Assembly (NCBI GenBank): GCA_041554155.1
Contig: JBFFMI010000002.1
Coordinates: 1-60,650 of the forward strand
Direction of reading: 5' to 3'
Source of the DNA: Anaerolineales bacterium
GTDB lineage: Bacteria; Chloroflexota; Anaerolineae; Anaerolineales; E44-bin32
DNA: 60,650 nucleotides
Both the position numbers and the translations under genes were made by a program. How positions within the stretch are numbered: the stretch's first letter is position 1; every line of letters begins with the position of its first letter. The notes under the pieces were generated by a model. It saw only the letters and a program-made list of their open reading frames with translations, had not been told where the DNA came from and did no database searches. Of the stretch, positions 37,328 through 47,638 are shown piece by piece.

Positions 37328-39439
37328 TCAAGCGCGAAACGGCTTGCCTGCCACCCTGGTTTTCAACAACCTTGAAGAGTTAATCAGGATTCCTACATCG
37401 GGTAGGGATTGAGACGCGGCTGCTAATGCCGGTGGTAATAAACCGAAGGAAGCCAGGCCGATACCGATAAGGTTATAAACCGCAGTAAAGATCAGGTTGA
37501 GACGCACTACCCGCATCGTTCGCTTTGCTAATGCAAAAAGAGTTGGGATCGCAATCCACTCATCACCCATCAGGGCGATATCAGCGGCATGGATAGCGAC
37601 ATCAGTTCCCGCTGCGCCCATTGCAATGCCAACATCTGCCTGCGCCAGAGCTGGGGCATCATTAATCCCATCACCGATCATTGCAACGCAGTGTCCTTCG
37701 GCTTGGAGTTCTTTCACGATGGCAATTTTTTCTTCCGGCAGTAAAGCAGCCTGGAAGGGGACCCCGAGTTTCTCCGCAATCGGTAACGTGGCAGACGTAT
37801 GATCGCCTGTAAGCAAACGAATGTCCTTATAACCCAGATCACGTAAATCTTGCAACGCATTCCCAATGTCTGGACGCAATTGATCCGCAAGGCCAATTAC
37901 CCCCGAAACAGCCCCATCTACTTCGATGTAGATATGCGTTTGACCACTGTTGAGCTGCTCTCCTATCTCTGGAGCAATGGGCTTGCTCATAAAAGGGGCA
38001 TTCCCAATCCTGATTTGGTGATCTCTGACTCGGGCTTCCACCCCTTGTCCGGGAAACGATTTATACGCTGAGATTTCGGGGAGTTTTAAATCGGATGCTG
38101 CAGCATGACGGCGAATCGCCGCACCCAAAGGGTGTTCGGAAAAACGCTCGACCGCTGCAGCGTAGGTGATAATCTCCTCGGGAGAATGCTCACTGACCGA
38201 GAGAATATGTTCTACCTCCGGGATACCCATCGTAAGCGTCCCAGTTTTATCGAGCAGAATGACATCGATATTTGGCAGGATCTCAAGGTATCGTCCCCCT
38301 TTAATCACCAGACCTTGTTTGCCCGCTGCCCCAATCGACGCCAGCATCGCGATGGGTGTGGCGAGGGCGATCGCACAGGAACACACTACGACCAGAACCG
38401 CTACTGCCGCTAGCACATCTCGCCGAAGCAGGAGGGTCAGGCCAGCGATACCTAAAACTACCGGCAAGTAGTAGGCAGAAAATTTATCCGCAAACCGCTG
38501 CACACGGCCCTTATTTGCCTCCGCTTGTTCGACAAGCTGCATAATCCGGCTGATAGTCGTCTCCTGCCCTACACGTGTGGCTTCCAGCCTGAAACCACCT
38601 TCTAACACAACCGAACCGGAATAGATGGAAGATCCAGGACCGGCACCTGACGGGATCGATTCGCCCGTGATACTCGATACATCAAGCACGGCGTGTCCGT
38701 CAAGGATTTCCCCATCCACCACGACCGTCATCCCTGTACGACAGATTACAACGTCGCCTGAGTTGATTTGACCAACTTCAATAATTTGCTCTTGGCCATC
38801 CCTTTCAACAGTTGCAACATCAGGTACGAGACCAGCTAGTGCGCGAATCGACTCACGTGCACCTTCCGTTGTGAAGCGTTCGACCCAATCACCAATCCTC
38901 ATGAACAAGACAATGACCACGGCAGTTGCCCACTCCCCTACGATCAGAGCCGCGATCACACCGATTGTCATCAGCGTGTGGGACGTTATCTGACGCTGAG
39001 CAAGAGCCTGCACTACTGGTTTGAAAACAGGCAAGCCTCCAATAAGGATTAAAAGCAAGTAAACCCATCCTGGAACCAGGGTACTGATCTGCTGAAACCA
39101 CCCGAGCCACTCCCCAACGATGACAATGAAAAGCACCAGGCCAACTACTGCGAAAAAAGACCATGACCAGCGCCCGATTGACCTTCCCGGCCTATCGCGA
39201 TCGCTTGTCTCTATATCCGGTACGGCGTAACCAGCTTGCTCAACCGCTCGCGCCAATGCCGAACGTTCCACCGGTAGATTAAGATGGAGGATCGCCTTTT
39301 CAGCCGCCAGGAGAACCGTCGCAGCCTGGACGCCTGGAACTTCCTCGAGCGCTTTTTGCACATGCTGTGTGCATTCATAGCAATCCATACCCCGAATGGG
39401 CAAAGTCAATTGAGTCCCGTCCTGCACTCGATCTACCAA
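37328..39439 (-). CDS. heavy-metal translocating P1B-type ATPase (atypical CSC transmembrane motif)
   Basis: 703 aa. N-terminal HMA domain (GMDCYEC), TGES, DKTGTLT and GDGINDAPAL. The TM6 motif reads CSC (38375-38383) instead of CPC. Confidence 0.9.
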   Translation of the reverse strand: MVDRVQDGTQLTLPIRGMDCYECTQHVQKALEEVPGVQAATVLLAAEKAILHLNLPVERSALARAVEQAGYAVPDIETSDRDRPGRSIGRWSWSFFAVVGLVLFIVIVGEWLGWFQQISTLVPGWVYLLLILIGGLPVFKPVVQALAQRQITSHTLMTIGVIAALIVGEWATAVVIVLFMRIGDWVERFTTEGARESIRALAGLVPDVATVERDGQEQIIEVGQINSGDVVICRTGMTVVVDGEILDGHAVLDVSSITGESIPSGAGPGSSIYSGSVVLEGGFRLEATRVGQETTISRIMQLVEQAEANKGRVQRFADKFSAYYLPVVLGIAGLTLLLRRDVLAAVAVLVVVCSCAIALATPIAMLASIGAAGKQGLVIKGGRYLEILPNIDVILLDKTGTLTMGIPEVEHILSVSEHSPEEIITYAAAVERFSEHPLGAAIRRHAAASDLKLPEISAYKSFPGQGVEARVRDHQIRIGNAPFMSKPIAPEIGEQLNSGQTHIYIEVDGAVSGVIGLADQLRPDIGNALQDLRDLGYKDIRLLTGDHTSATLPIAEKLGVPFQAALLPEEKIAIVKELQAEGHCVAMIGDGINDAPALAQADVGIAMGAAGTDVAIHAADIALMGDEWIAIPTLFALAKRTMRVVRLNLIFTAVYNLIGIGLASFGLLPPALAAASQSLPDVGILINSSRLLKTRVAGKPFRA

Positions 39440-39537
39440 TTCTCACCTCGTACCAATAGCTTGAAAAAGGTCAGTAGCAACCGCTTGGTAAGATATACCA
39501 TAAGTTTACAGCGTGGAACATTGGCAAAAGGGAAAGC

Positions 39538-40206
39538 CTACGATGAAAGCCAACTACGCCCAAGGATGATAGCCGGTGGTGGTGTCCCCCAGAGATCTAC
39601 TTCGCCAGCTGGGCCAAGGGCTAATGTTGCGCCCTCAACCAGATTGAGCGCATAGCTAAAAGGCTTATTTTGCAAAATATCCTGCACTGGCATAAGATCT
39701 TCCAGATCCCCCTCTTCATGAAGGACAAGGCACCCTGGAAGCCATTCTACACCCGCTTGATAGGTGTTCTGCTGCAGGTCGAATATCCATTCCCCCATGG
39801 GTAGGGCTGCATCACCAACAAACCAGCACACCCGATTTCGATCGTCCCTGAACTCGTTGAGGATAGGAAGTGCTATCTGGCTGAATGAAGGCAACCACGG
39901 GTCTAGGTTAGCGCTGGCGCACAGAAGCAGATCCGAATCACGTAGATATTTCTCGAACTCGGTTGGTTGTAAGCTTTTCAGATCGACATGGTCAATTTCG
40001 ATCTCCAGCAATGCACTCAGGTCCTCGGTCCACGGTCCAACAATAGCGTAATGCTCCCCCGTTGCGAGGATTAATCCACGGCTGCTTGGATTGGTGATTT
40101 CTAAAAGACGTTCCAGCGCCCTCTCTTCGATTGCTGGAGAGGGGCCTGAAAACAGCAGCCACCCGTGGGCGTTCGAACGTCGAAATACACTCGATAACAG
40201 GTTCAT
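39538..40206 (-). CDS. hypothetical protein (possibly class I glutamine amidotransferase-like / peptidase S51-like fold)
   Basis: 222 aa. No firm motif recognised. The start overlaps the M20 gene stop by 4 nt. Confidence 0.45.
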   Translation of the reverse strand: MNLLSSVFRRSNAHGWLLFSGPSPAIEERALERLLEITNPSSRGLILATGEHYAIVGPWTEDLSALLEIEIDHVDLKSLQPTEFEKYLRDSDLLLCASANLDPWLPSFSQIALPILNEFRDDRNRVCWFVGDAALPMGEWIFDLQQNTYQAGVEWLPGCLVLHEEGDLEDLMPVQDILQNKPFSYALNLVEGATLALGPAGEVDLWGTPPPAIILGRSWLSS

Positions 40207-41387
40207 GCTTCCATTAAGGCAAGTGCCGCCTGCACGCAGAGATATACGGCCTCGCTCAGGACAGACTCGTCAAAATCGAATCCGGGATTGTGATGTGCAG
40301 CATCCAATCCTTTCTCGGGGTTAGATGAACCTAAGAAGAAATGAAATCCCGGGATTTGCTCCATAAAAAAAGCCATATCTTCAGAACCCAAGACCTGGAA
40401 ATCTGGGTCCACAGCGAGGTCTGGCGCGCATCGGGCAAAGTGATCCAGAATACAATCTACCGCGTGTGGGTCATTCACCAAGGGAGGGGATATCTCTTTG
40501 ACAACCATCTCGGCCTGACAATTGAAACTCTCCGCTTGCTTCTTGATAATCTGTTCGACATCGTTGAGGATGCTTTCACGCCTCTCCCGCGAAAAGGTAC
40601 GGATCGTTCCATGCATATCTACTTGATCGGGAATGACATTGAACGCATCACCAGCGTGAATCTGAGTGATACTTAGCACAGCGGGTTCCAGGGGATCTAC
40701 TCTCCGAGAGACAACCGTTTGCAACGCTGTGATCAAATGGGCGGCCGCAAGGATAGGATCATGCGCCAGATGTGGTTGCGCACCATGACCGCCTTTACCA
40801 GATAGCTTAATGTAAATGCGATCTGCACCGGCCATACTGGCGGATCTGGAACTGCCGAGCCAACCAAGCGGTCGTTCGTTCCATAGATGAAACCCCACAG
40901 CATAATCAGCACTGACGCTATCAAGCACCCCTTCCGAGATCATGCGTAGGGCGCCCCCCGCCCCCTCCTCGGCCGGCTGAAAGAGCAACACCGCTGAGCC
41001 AGGCAACTCATCCTGGATTTCCTTTAACGCACGCGCAACACCCAACCCGATCGCCATGTGCCCATCGTGTCCACAAGCATGCATCACCCCATCAATCTGG
41101 GAGGCGTAGGCTGCACCCGTCGACTCCTTAATAGGCAGAGCGTCCATATCGAAGCGCAGCATCACGCGCGGCCTTTTTTGCAAGCCCTCGATCGATGCAA
41201 CGACCCCGGTTTGTGCGATCCCGGTTATCGGGTCGTACTGGCTACGTTTCAGAGCCTCCACGATCTGCGCTGCGCTTCGCTCTTCTTGGAAAGCCAATTC
41301 CGGGAATTGATGGAAGTCACGGCGCCAGGATACAAGTTGAGGTTGTAAATTTTGCGCAATCCTGCGCAATGTATGAGGATCTATCAT
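40203..41387 (-). CDS. M20 family amidohydrolase (N-acyl-L-amino acid amidohydrolase/hippuricase-like)
   Basis: 394 aa. HQFPELAF.E, DMDALP, HACGHDGH and QPAEE motifs. Confidence 0.88.
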   Translation of the reverse strand: MIDPHTLRRIAQNLQPQLVSWRRDFHQFPELAFQEERSAAQIVEALKRSQYDPITGIAQTGVVASIEGLQKRPRVMLRFDMDALPIKESTGAAYASQIDGVMHACGHDGHMAIGLGVARALKEIQDELPGSAVLLFQPAEEGAGGALRMISEGVLDSVSADYAVGFHLWNERPLGWLGSSRSASMAGADRIYIKLSGKGGHGAQPHLAHDPILAAAHLITALQTVVSRRVDPLEPAVLSITQIHAGDAFNVIPDQVDMHGTIRTFSRERRESILNDVEQIIKKQAESFNCQAEMVVKEISPPLVNDPHAVDCILDHFARCAPDLAVDPDFQVLGSEDMAFFMEQIPGFHFFLGSSNPEKGLDAAHHNPGFDFDESVLSEAVYLCVQAALALMEA

Positions 41388-41393
41388 GCTCGA

Positions 41394-42122
41394 TTATCGC
41401 AGGGCTATGTGACGGAAGCGCTCGATGTAGCGTGGTTCTTGGGGAGGGCTATCAGGGTCGAGCATAGAGGACCGCAGGCGCTCCTCCAACGCATGGATAT
41501 CTTTAATCTGGCTCTGGTGCTTGCTTAAGGCTTCCAATTTCAGGCTGAATGAATCTGTGATATCAATCGTCAGATTTGGATGCTGCGCGCCAGCAACGTA
41601 GACCTGGTGCACTTTATGCGGCTCCAGCCCCTCTTCCTCTAACAGCGCAGGAAAATACAGCGCTGAGCGGGCAGCCGGAAAGACGGCATCCAGCGTAACC
41701 TGCCCAGCAGCGCGATGATCGGCGTGGTTTATATAGCGATTGCTGGGGAAGAAATTCGTCGGATCACACGTGATGACAATATCGGGTCGTACCCGGCGGA
41801 TAACCCGCACAATCTTTTCTCGAAGCTCAAGGCTGGGCATAAGGTAGCCATCAGGCTCGTCGAGGAATTGAACCTCCTTCACCCCCAGTACCGCCGCAGC
41901 TTCTTTCTGTTCTCCTTCTCGTATCCGTGCGAGCTCTTCTGGCGGTTTGAGATTGTCATCCGATCCTTTATCCCCCCTGGTCAATAGACAATAATGAACC
42001 TCGCATCCGCTGCTTATCCAGCGTGCAACTGTACCCCCACAAAAAAATTCTGGATCGTCCGGATGGGCTAAGACGACCAGAACAATGCCGATGGCATCCT
42101 GCTGGTCGTCAGCCAGAGTCAT
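41394..42122 (-). CDS. PIG-L/LmbE family deacetylase
   Basis: 242 aa. AHPDDPEFFCGG and HADH motifs. Confidence 0.85.
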   Translation of the reverse strand: MTLADDQQDAIGIVLVVLAHPDDPEFFCGGTVARWISSGCEVHYCLLTRGDKGSDDNLKPPEELARIREGEQKEAAAVLGVKEVQFLDEPDGYLMPSLELREKIVRVIRRVRPDIVITCDPTNFFPSNRYINHADHRAAGQVTLDAVFPAARSALYFPALLEEEGLEPHKVHQVYVAGAQHPNLTIDITDSFSLKLEALSKHQSQIKDIHALEERLRSSMLDPDSPPQEPRYIERFRHIALR

Positions 42123-43057
42123 TTGGATTGATCCTGGCGGTTGCAGTTACAACCGCCTTCACCATGACGTTCACAGGGTGCTTCCGCCTTTTCCTGCAAT
42201 TTTTTAAGTTCATCATAAGGCTGGATCTCATGCAGATAGAACTCAACCCTGCGGTCATCTTCCAGTAATACCAGCACGGCTTTCTTCAACGGGATTACAT
42301 CAACAACTTTCCCAACACCTCGGGGCGTAACTACTTTCTTCTTGCGTTTTGGCAGCTGCTTCCGAGCCTCAGCGTATTGCTCATATTCATAAATCAAGCA
42401 ACATCGTAACCGCCCGCACATACCGGTGATCTCCTGAGGGTTCAACGAGATCCCCTGAGCCTTCGCCATCTTAATCGAGATCGGGCTAAACTCGGTCAGG
42501 AACTTGGAGCAACAACGCTCCTCTAAGCCGCAAGCGCCCATGCCGCTGAGTATCTTCGCAACATCACGTGGACCGATCTGACGCATTTCGATTTTTGTCT
42601 TGCTGAACGCCCGTTCCATCTCACGTGTAAGCTCGCTCAAATCAGGCTTTTCATCGCCCTCGCTGCTGTATAGGAATACGAGTGAAGATCCGTCGTAAGA
42701 ATATTCCGCCCGGACGATCTTTATAGCGTCCAATCCAAGCTTGGAAGCTGCCGCGCGGCATTCGATCATGGTCTCGAGTTCCTTGCGGCGCCAAGTACGC
42801 TGTAACACGAGCTCGCGCGCGGTCGCCCGGCGCTCGATCGGTTTGTACGTGGCATCTTTTCCGTGTTCACCGTTCTCAGGGAACCCAACCACCTCACCCA
42901 ATTCACGGCCACGCGCTGTCACGACGATCACGTAGTCTCCCACCTGCAGGTCAGCCACGCGGGACGCATTGAAGTGGTAGAGTTTGCCGACGGGTTGGAA
43001 GCGAACTGATGCAATACGTTTTATAGCAGTACTATCAACCATACCTATCATCCTCAA
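42119..43057 (-). CDS. PSP1 domain protein (YaaT/RicT-like)
   Basis: 312 aa. VRFQPVGKLYHF N-terminus, PSP1 C-terminal segment with CGRLRCCLIYE, and a Cys-rich tail. Confidence 0.78.
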   Translation of the reverse strand: MRMIGMVDSTAIKRIASVRFQPVGKLYHFNASRVADLQVGDYVIVVTARGRELGEVVGFPENGEHGKDATYKPIERRATARELVLQRTWRRKELETMIECRAAASKLGLDAIKIVRAEYSYDGSSLVFLYSSEGDEKPDLSELTREMERAFSKTKIEMRQIGPRDVAKILSGMGACGLEERCCSKFLTEFSPISIKMAKAQGISLNPQEITGMCGRLRCCLIYEYEQYAEARKQLPKRKKKVVTPRGVGKVVDVIPLKKAVLVLLEDDRRVEFYLHEIQPYDELKKLQEKAEAPCERHGEGGCNCNRQDQSK

Positions 43058-43147
43058 AGCTATCGCTAATACACCATATTAATCGATGCTACGACGAGTT
43101 GCCAAGTGTGGATACCGGGAGAAAACTGCTGTTTGATGATGGTTAGT

Positions 43148-43945
43148 TTAATCAGTGATCTCGATGTTCGGGGCGGCAGAAGTGGCCTGAGCACCAAGTT
43201 CGGCTGATAGCCGATCAAGGATCGCCTTGAAACTCATCCCAACGCTGCTCTCGGGGTTGGTGAGGACGATCGGTTTCCCTTGATCACCACCCTCCCGAAC
43301 TGTGGGATCCATCGGGATTGCACCCAGGAATGGGACATCACTCTCCTGAGCGAGTTCTTCTCCACCTCCCTGGCCAAACACATCCATTACTTCACCATCG
43401 GGGAGTTCTAGATAGCTCATGTTCTCGATAACGCCCAGGATGGGGACTTCCATCGATCGAAACATTTCCAGTCCTCGGACTGCATCCTCACGCGAGACCT
43501 TTTGGGGTAAAGTAACGATGATCCCACCTGTTAATGCAAGGTTTTGTGCCAGGCTCAGCTGGGCATCTCCCGTCCCAGGTGGTAAGTCAATAATGAGATA
43601 ATCGAGCTCTCCCCAGAGCACATCCTGGACAAATTGCCGGATCGCACTGTGAAGCATGGGACCGCGCCAGATCAGTGGTTGCTTCTGCGGAACCATAAAT
43701 CCAATCGACATCACCTTGACACCATGCGCTTGCGCAGGAATTAGCCCCTCCTCAGATTGGGTTGGCATTTCTGCGACCCCCATCATGGTGGGAACATTCG
43801 GACCGTAGATATCAGCGTCCAACAATCCGACCTTCGCTCCAGTTTGAGCCAATGAGACTGCGAGATTAACCGCAACCGTTGATTTGCCTACACCGCCTTT
43901 GCCTGAGGCGACAGCGATGGCAGATTTTATGTCATTTTTTGTCAT
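43148..43945 (-). CDS. Mrp/NBP35 (ApbC) family Fe-S cluster carrier ATPase
   Basis: 265 aa. Deviant Walker A SGKGGVGKST, and DLPPGTGD. Confidence 0.9.
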   Translation of the reverse strand: MTKNDIKSAIAVASGKGGVGKSTVAVNLAVSLAQTGAKVGLLDADIYGPNVPTMMGVAEMPTQSEEGLIPAQAHGVKVMSIGFMVPQKQPLIWRGPMLHSAIRQFVQDVLWGELDYLIIDLPPGTGDAQLSLAQNLALTGGIIVTLPQKVSREDAVRGLEMFRSMEVPILGVIENMSYLELPDGEVMDVFGQGGGEELAQESDVPFLGAIPMDPTVREGGDQGKPIVLTNPESSVGMSFKAILDRLSAELGAQATSAAPNIEITD

Positions 43946-43970
43946 AGGGGTGGGAAAGGGTTGCCCTTCT

Positions 43971-44291
43971 TCAGGCTATCTCAAGGTGTGCAATGATCTC
44001 ATTCAGCGATCGATGATACTGTGCGAGAAGTTCGTCGTCCGTACCATCGAAGCGGCGAACCGTATGGATCGCACAGGTTGTGCAACCACGCATAGCCCGA
44101 TAGGAATGTGTATGACAGGATAAACAATTGGCGAGACGGATCAACAGGAGGTTAAAAGCCAGCCGGGATGGAGAGTCTTCTGGGCTGGCACAGATCATGT
44201 CAACGAGTTTGCACCATTCTCCCCCCCGTAAATCCCGCAGTTGAGGGGTGATGCGCATGGGAAACAAGAGCTCCGTATCCGCCTGGTACAT
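43971..44291 (-). CDS. hypothetical Cys-rich protein
   Basis: 106 aa. CLSCHTHSYRAMRGCTTC (CxxC-x10-CxxC) plus two further Cys. Lies between nuoI and mrp on the same strand. Confidence 0.45.
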   Translation of the reverse strand: MYQADTELLFPMRITPQLRDLRGGEWCKLVDMICASPEDSPSRLAFNLLLIRLANCLSCHTHSYRAMRGCTTCAIHTVRRFDGTDDELLAQYHRSLNEIIAHLEIA

Positions 44292-44309
44292 TCCTGTCTC
44301 GGATCCTGA

Positions 44310-44921
44310 CTATTCTTTCTTTTTCTTCGCTGCTTTGGCAGCTTCTTTTTCTGCCCGTATAGCTTCCTCGCGCGCGTAATTTTCAGGGCGTATTTTTGCG
44401 TAATAACTGACCGGTTTGCTGAGTCTTTCCTTGTCGAAAATGTGCGCTTCGTGACGATCATAGGAGGCCAACTCATAGTCATGATCCATCTTGATCGCGT
44501 CAAAAGGACAGTACTCTGCACACAGACCACAGTTCATGCAAATATCGATGTCAATGAAAAAGTCTGTGGGTTCGGGGATCGGGCGACCAGTTTCAGGGTC
44601 ATTGGATCGCACGATCCAAATACATTGTGGAGGGCAGACCTTGGCGCAAATACCGCAGGAAGTGCAGCGATCTTGTTTTACACCGTTCTCGTCCTCTTCA
44701 TACAGAAGGAACGGAATGTAGCGAAATTCCTCAGGTACCTGCAACTTCTCCTCAGGATATTGAACCGTGAAAATCCCGCGCGTATCCGCAGCTTGTCGTG
44801 CTTCAACAGCTTCTTCGTTGAAATAGCGCCGTTTACCTAACCAGCGGATATCTTCAATATACGTCTCAACGAAATGCATCAGCGTGACGCCTAAACCCTT
44901 AATCAAGCCCTTACCGTACAT
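44310..44921 (-). CDS. nuoI: NADH-quinone oxidoreductase subunit I
   Basis: 203 aa. CTSCGICAKVCP and CMNCGLCAEYCP motifs, with a Lys-rich C-terminal tail. Confidence 0.9.
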   Translation of the reverse strand: MYGKGLIKGLGVTLMHFVETYIEDIRWLGKRRYFNEEAVEARQAADTRGIFTVQYPEEKLQVPEEFRYIPFLLYEEDENGVKQDRCTSCGICAKVCPPQCIWIVRSNDPETGRPIPEPTDFFIDIDICMNCGLCAEYCPFDAIKMDHDYELASYDRHEAHIFDKERLSKPVSYYAKIRPENYAREEAIRAEKEAAKAAKKKKE

Positions 44922-44953
44922 ACACTTCTCCCCATCTCGCTCGCATACGAACT

Positions 44954-46702
44954 CTAGCGATCGGTTTCACCTAAAACGATATCGATCGAACCGAGGATAG
45001 CCACAACGTCGGCGATCTTCTGGCCAAGACACATTTTTTCCATAGCGGTCAGATTGATGAATGAAGGCGCGCGCACGTGATAGCGCCATGGGTTAGGCTG
45101 GCCATTGGAGACGACATAGTAACCCAACTCACCCTTGGGATTTTCCACCCGACCGTAGGCCTCGCCGGCAGGAACGCGTACTTGGTATTGCGGCTTACCA
45201 GTCTGAATTTCACCTTGTGGGATGCGCTCGACTGCCTGTTGTAGGATCCGGAGGCTCTGACGAATTTCGTCTACCCGGATCAGGTAGCGATCGTAGACAT
45301 CACCGTTGTAGCGCACAGCCACATCAAAATCGAATTGGTCATAGATCGAGTATGGATCAGCCTTACGAACATCATATGCAACGCCCGATGCGCGCAGAAC
45401 TGGCCCGCCCGCTGTATAGGCGATGGCATCCTCTTTTGAGAGCACTCCCACACCAACACCTCGCGAGCGGATGATCTCATTTTCTGTTAGGTAGCGATCA
45501 AGTTCATCGATCTTATCTGGCAATCGATCGTTCACCAGTAGTTTAATCTTGTCAAGTACCGGAGTAGAGATGTCCCGGGAGACACCTCCAAAACGGAAGT
45601 AATTGCACATCATGCGTGAGCCTGAAACCGCTTCGAAAATATCCAGGACCAGCTCACGCTCCTTGATGGCATACAATGCGGGGGTGAAGAAAGCACCCAT
45701 ATCATTAAGCAGGAAGCCGATCGCCCAGAAGTGATTCACAACGCGTGTCAGCTCTGCCATGATCACACGAATATACTCAGTACGCTCCGGGGGCTGGATC
45801 CCCATTAGTTTTTCTACAGCCAGCGCATAACCGAAGTTATTTCCCATCGAACAGATGTAATCCAGTCGATCCGTGAATGGCATATTCATCAGGAAGGTGT
45901 TGCGTTCACCGATCTTTTCATGGTTGCGATGCAGATAGCCCATGACCGGTTTCAAGCTGACGATGGTTTCACCATCGAGCGAAACAACCATGCGGAAGAC
46001 GCCATGGGTCGATGGATGCTGGGGTCCCAGGTTCACGACAATCTGGTCAGTATCGATATTCTGCTTTTCACGCTCATTGCTCTTCATCTGGCCCAGGCTG
46101 GCGTACAGCATTGCTTCGCCCTCGGGGACCCACCCCTCGGGTGAAAATCCCTGAGGATATTGAACGTTTTTCCCAAATGGATGTTCATCCTCAATGCGCA
46201 GAACCTCACCGCCTGGCCAGCGGCTCTTGAACGGCTTGCCCTCTTCTTCGAAATAGGCTTCCTGCCAATCCTTGCGCAAGGGGTGTCCCTCGAAGCCATC
46301 CCACATCAAGATGCGGCGCAAATCCGGGTGGTCTTGAAATTTAATGCCCAGCAGATCCCAAGCTTCCCGCTCCTGAAAGTCAGCACCGGGGTAAACAGAA
46401 ACCAGGCTGGGAACGACGCTGTTTTCACGGGGTGTTTGCACCTTAAACACCAGGGCCGGGCCACCGGCAGACTTATAGGCGTGGTAAACAACTTCCATCA
46501 CGTCGTCCGGTAAATAATCGACACCGGTGACGGATGAAAGGTAATCGTACCCGAGCTCATCGCGCACACTCAGGGCGAATTCGACAAGTTTATCGGCTGG
46601 TACCAGATACCCCTCGTAGCCAGGCCGGCTATCGCGAGTGGCAACGCCTTCAAATTTCTTCTCGATCTCGTCCAGGACTTTTACATCTTCATTTTCTGTC
46701 AT
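44954..46702 (-). CDS. nuoCD: NADH-quinone oxidoreductase fused subunits C/D
   Basis: 582 aa. N-terminal NuoC-like 30-kDa domain, then NuoD ([14 protein letters not shown]...). C-terminal IVLGETDR. No NiFe CxxC ligand pairs. Confidence 0.9.
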   Translation of the reverse strand: MTENEDVKVLDEIEKKFEGVATRDSRPGYEGYLVPADKLVEFALSVRDELGYDYLSSVTGVDYLPDDVMEVVYHAYKSAGGPALVFKVQTPRENSVVPSLVSVYPGADFQEREAWDLLGIKFQDHPDLRRILMWDGFEGHPLRKDWQEAYFEEEGKPFKSRWPGGEVLRIEDEHPFGKNVQYPQGFSPEGWVPEGEAMLYASLGQMKSNEREKQNIDTDQIVVNLGPQHPSTHGVFRMVVSLDGETIVSLKPVMGYLHRNHEKIGERNTFLMNMPFTDRLDYICSMGNNFGYALAVEKLMGIQPPERTEYIRVIMAELTRVVNHFWAIGFLLNDMGAFFTPALYAIKERELVLDIFEAVSGSRMMCNYFRFGGVSRDISTPVLDKIKLLVNDRLPDKIDELDRYLTENEIIRSRGVGVGVLSKEDAIAYTAGGPVLRASGVAYDVRKADPYSIYDQFDFDVAVRYNGDVYDRYLIRVDEIRQSLRILQQAVERIPQGEIQTGKPQYQVRVPAGEAYGRVENPKGELGYYVVSNGQPNPWRYHVRAPSFINLTAMEKMCLGQKIADVVAILGSIDIVLGETDR

Positions 46703-46736
46703 CTTGAAATCGGCCTATCCATTGGATTCTGAGCGA

Positions 46737-47384
46737 TTAAGCTTCGGATTCGTCAGTCGCGGGCGTCTTTTTCGCCGCAGCCAGCGTTTTCGTGAATTCT
46801 GGAATATCGCGAGGATCGATCAGGTCAGGGCCCAGAACGGGTATGGGGATAGGTTCTGATGCTTCTTGCTTATACCAGCGGACCTCGCTTATGGATTGCT
46901 TATCGATTTTTTCCTGGAGCTTTATCAAACCATTCAGTAATGCCTGTGGTGTCGGCGGGCAACCGGGGATGTATACGTCTACGGGCACAAACTTATCGAT
47001 GCCCGAAACAACGCTATAGCCCTCTTTGAAGGGACCGCCACCCGAAGCGCATGCACCCATCGCCAGGACGTATTTTGGCTCGGGCATCTGGTTATAAAGA
47101 CGCACGATTTGCGGAACCATCTTTTTGGTGACGGTGCCCGAGACGATCATAAGATCGGCTTGTCGCGGGCTGGCGCGCATCACCTCCATACCAAATCGAG
47201 AAAAATCATAGCGGCTTGCTGCAACTCCGATCATTTCGATCGCACAACAAGCCAGACCAAACATCATGGGCCAAACCGAGTTTCGGCGACCCCAGTTATA
47301 AAGTTTATCGATCGTTGTAATTGAAACTTGCCCCTGAAGCTCTTGCGGGATCTCGATTTCGGAATTATTGAGTTCGTCAGCCAT
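46737..47384 (-). CDS. nuoB: NADH-quinone oxidoreductase subunit B
   Basis: Start set to the ATG at 47382-47384, 5 nt after [25 protein letters not shown] and IPGCPP cluster N2 ligand motifs. Confidence 0.9.
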   Translation of the reverse strand: MADELNNSEIEIPQELQGQVSITTIDKLYNWGRRNSVWPMMFGLACCAIEMIGVAASRYDFSRFGMEVMRASPRQADLMIVSGTVTKKMVPQIVRLYNQMPEPKYVLAMGACASGGGPFKEGYSVVSGIDKFVPVDVYIPGCPPTPQALLNGLIKLQEKIDKQSISEVRWYKQEASEPIPIPVLGPDLIDPRDIPEFTKTLAAAKKTPATDESEA

Positions 47385-47559
47385 CCACACCTCCACGCGA
47401 AAAGGCCTGCCGCCACTAGGTCGCCAGACCTGAACCCACGCAAATTATACTTCTGAGAAGGGCTGTGTCAAGACGAGAACCGTTTACGACAGTGAATCAC
47501 CGGAAAAACGGTGGCTGGAGACGGTTCCAGCTCTCGATAGCCTGCACCTTCGTAGCCTT

Positions 47560-47587
47560 TTGACAGAAACTTTATATATGATAAACT
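47560..47587 (+). promoter_or_regulatory. candidate promoter for the iscA-like gene
   Basis: TTGACA (47560-47565), 16-nt spacer, TAAACT (47582-47587). Confidence 0.3.
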
Positions 47588-47638
47588 AGACCCAGTTACA
47601 TAGTCTTAGGCTACTCACTCATTTACGGAGGTCAGGTC

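Noticed and set aside
37150-37390. Plus-strand peptide-like stretches in three frames (…ELNFIKDDQLLNIW / PVWFQYSILQPVDW / EIDDFKDLLGEEIKRE…) suggesting a frameshifted gene remnant between the OCD gene and the ATPase gene
   Set aside because: The fragments are short (under 35 aa each). I cannot match them to a family, and the last one overlaps the ATPase 3' end. This may be chance and would need a translated database search.
44954-46702. Possibility that the NuoCD-like protein is a group 4 [NiFe] hydrogenase large subunit (Ech/Mbh-like module)
   Set aside because: The N-terminal RxCGxC and C-terminal DPCxxC ligand motifs are absent. The sequence reads [10 protein letters not shown] and ends IVLGETDR, as in genuine NuoD.
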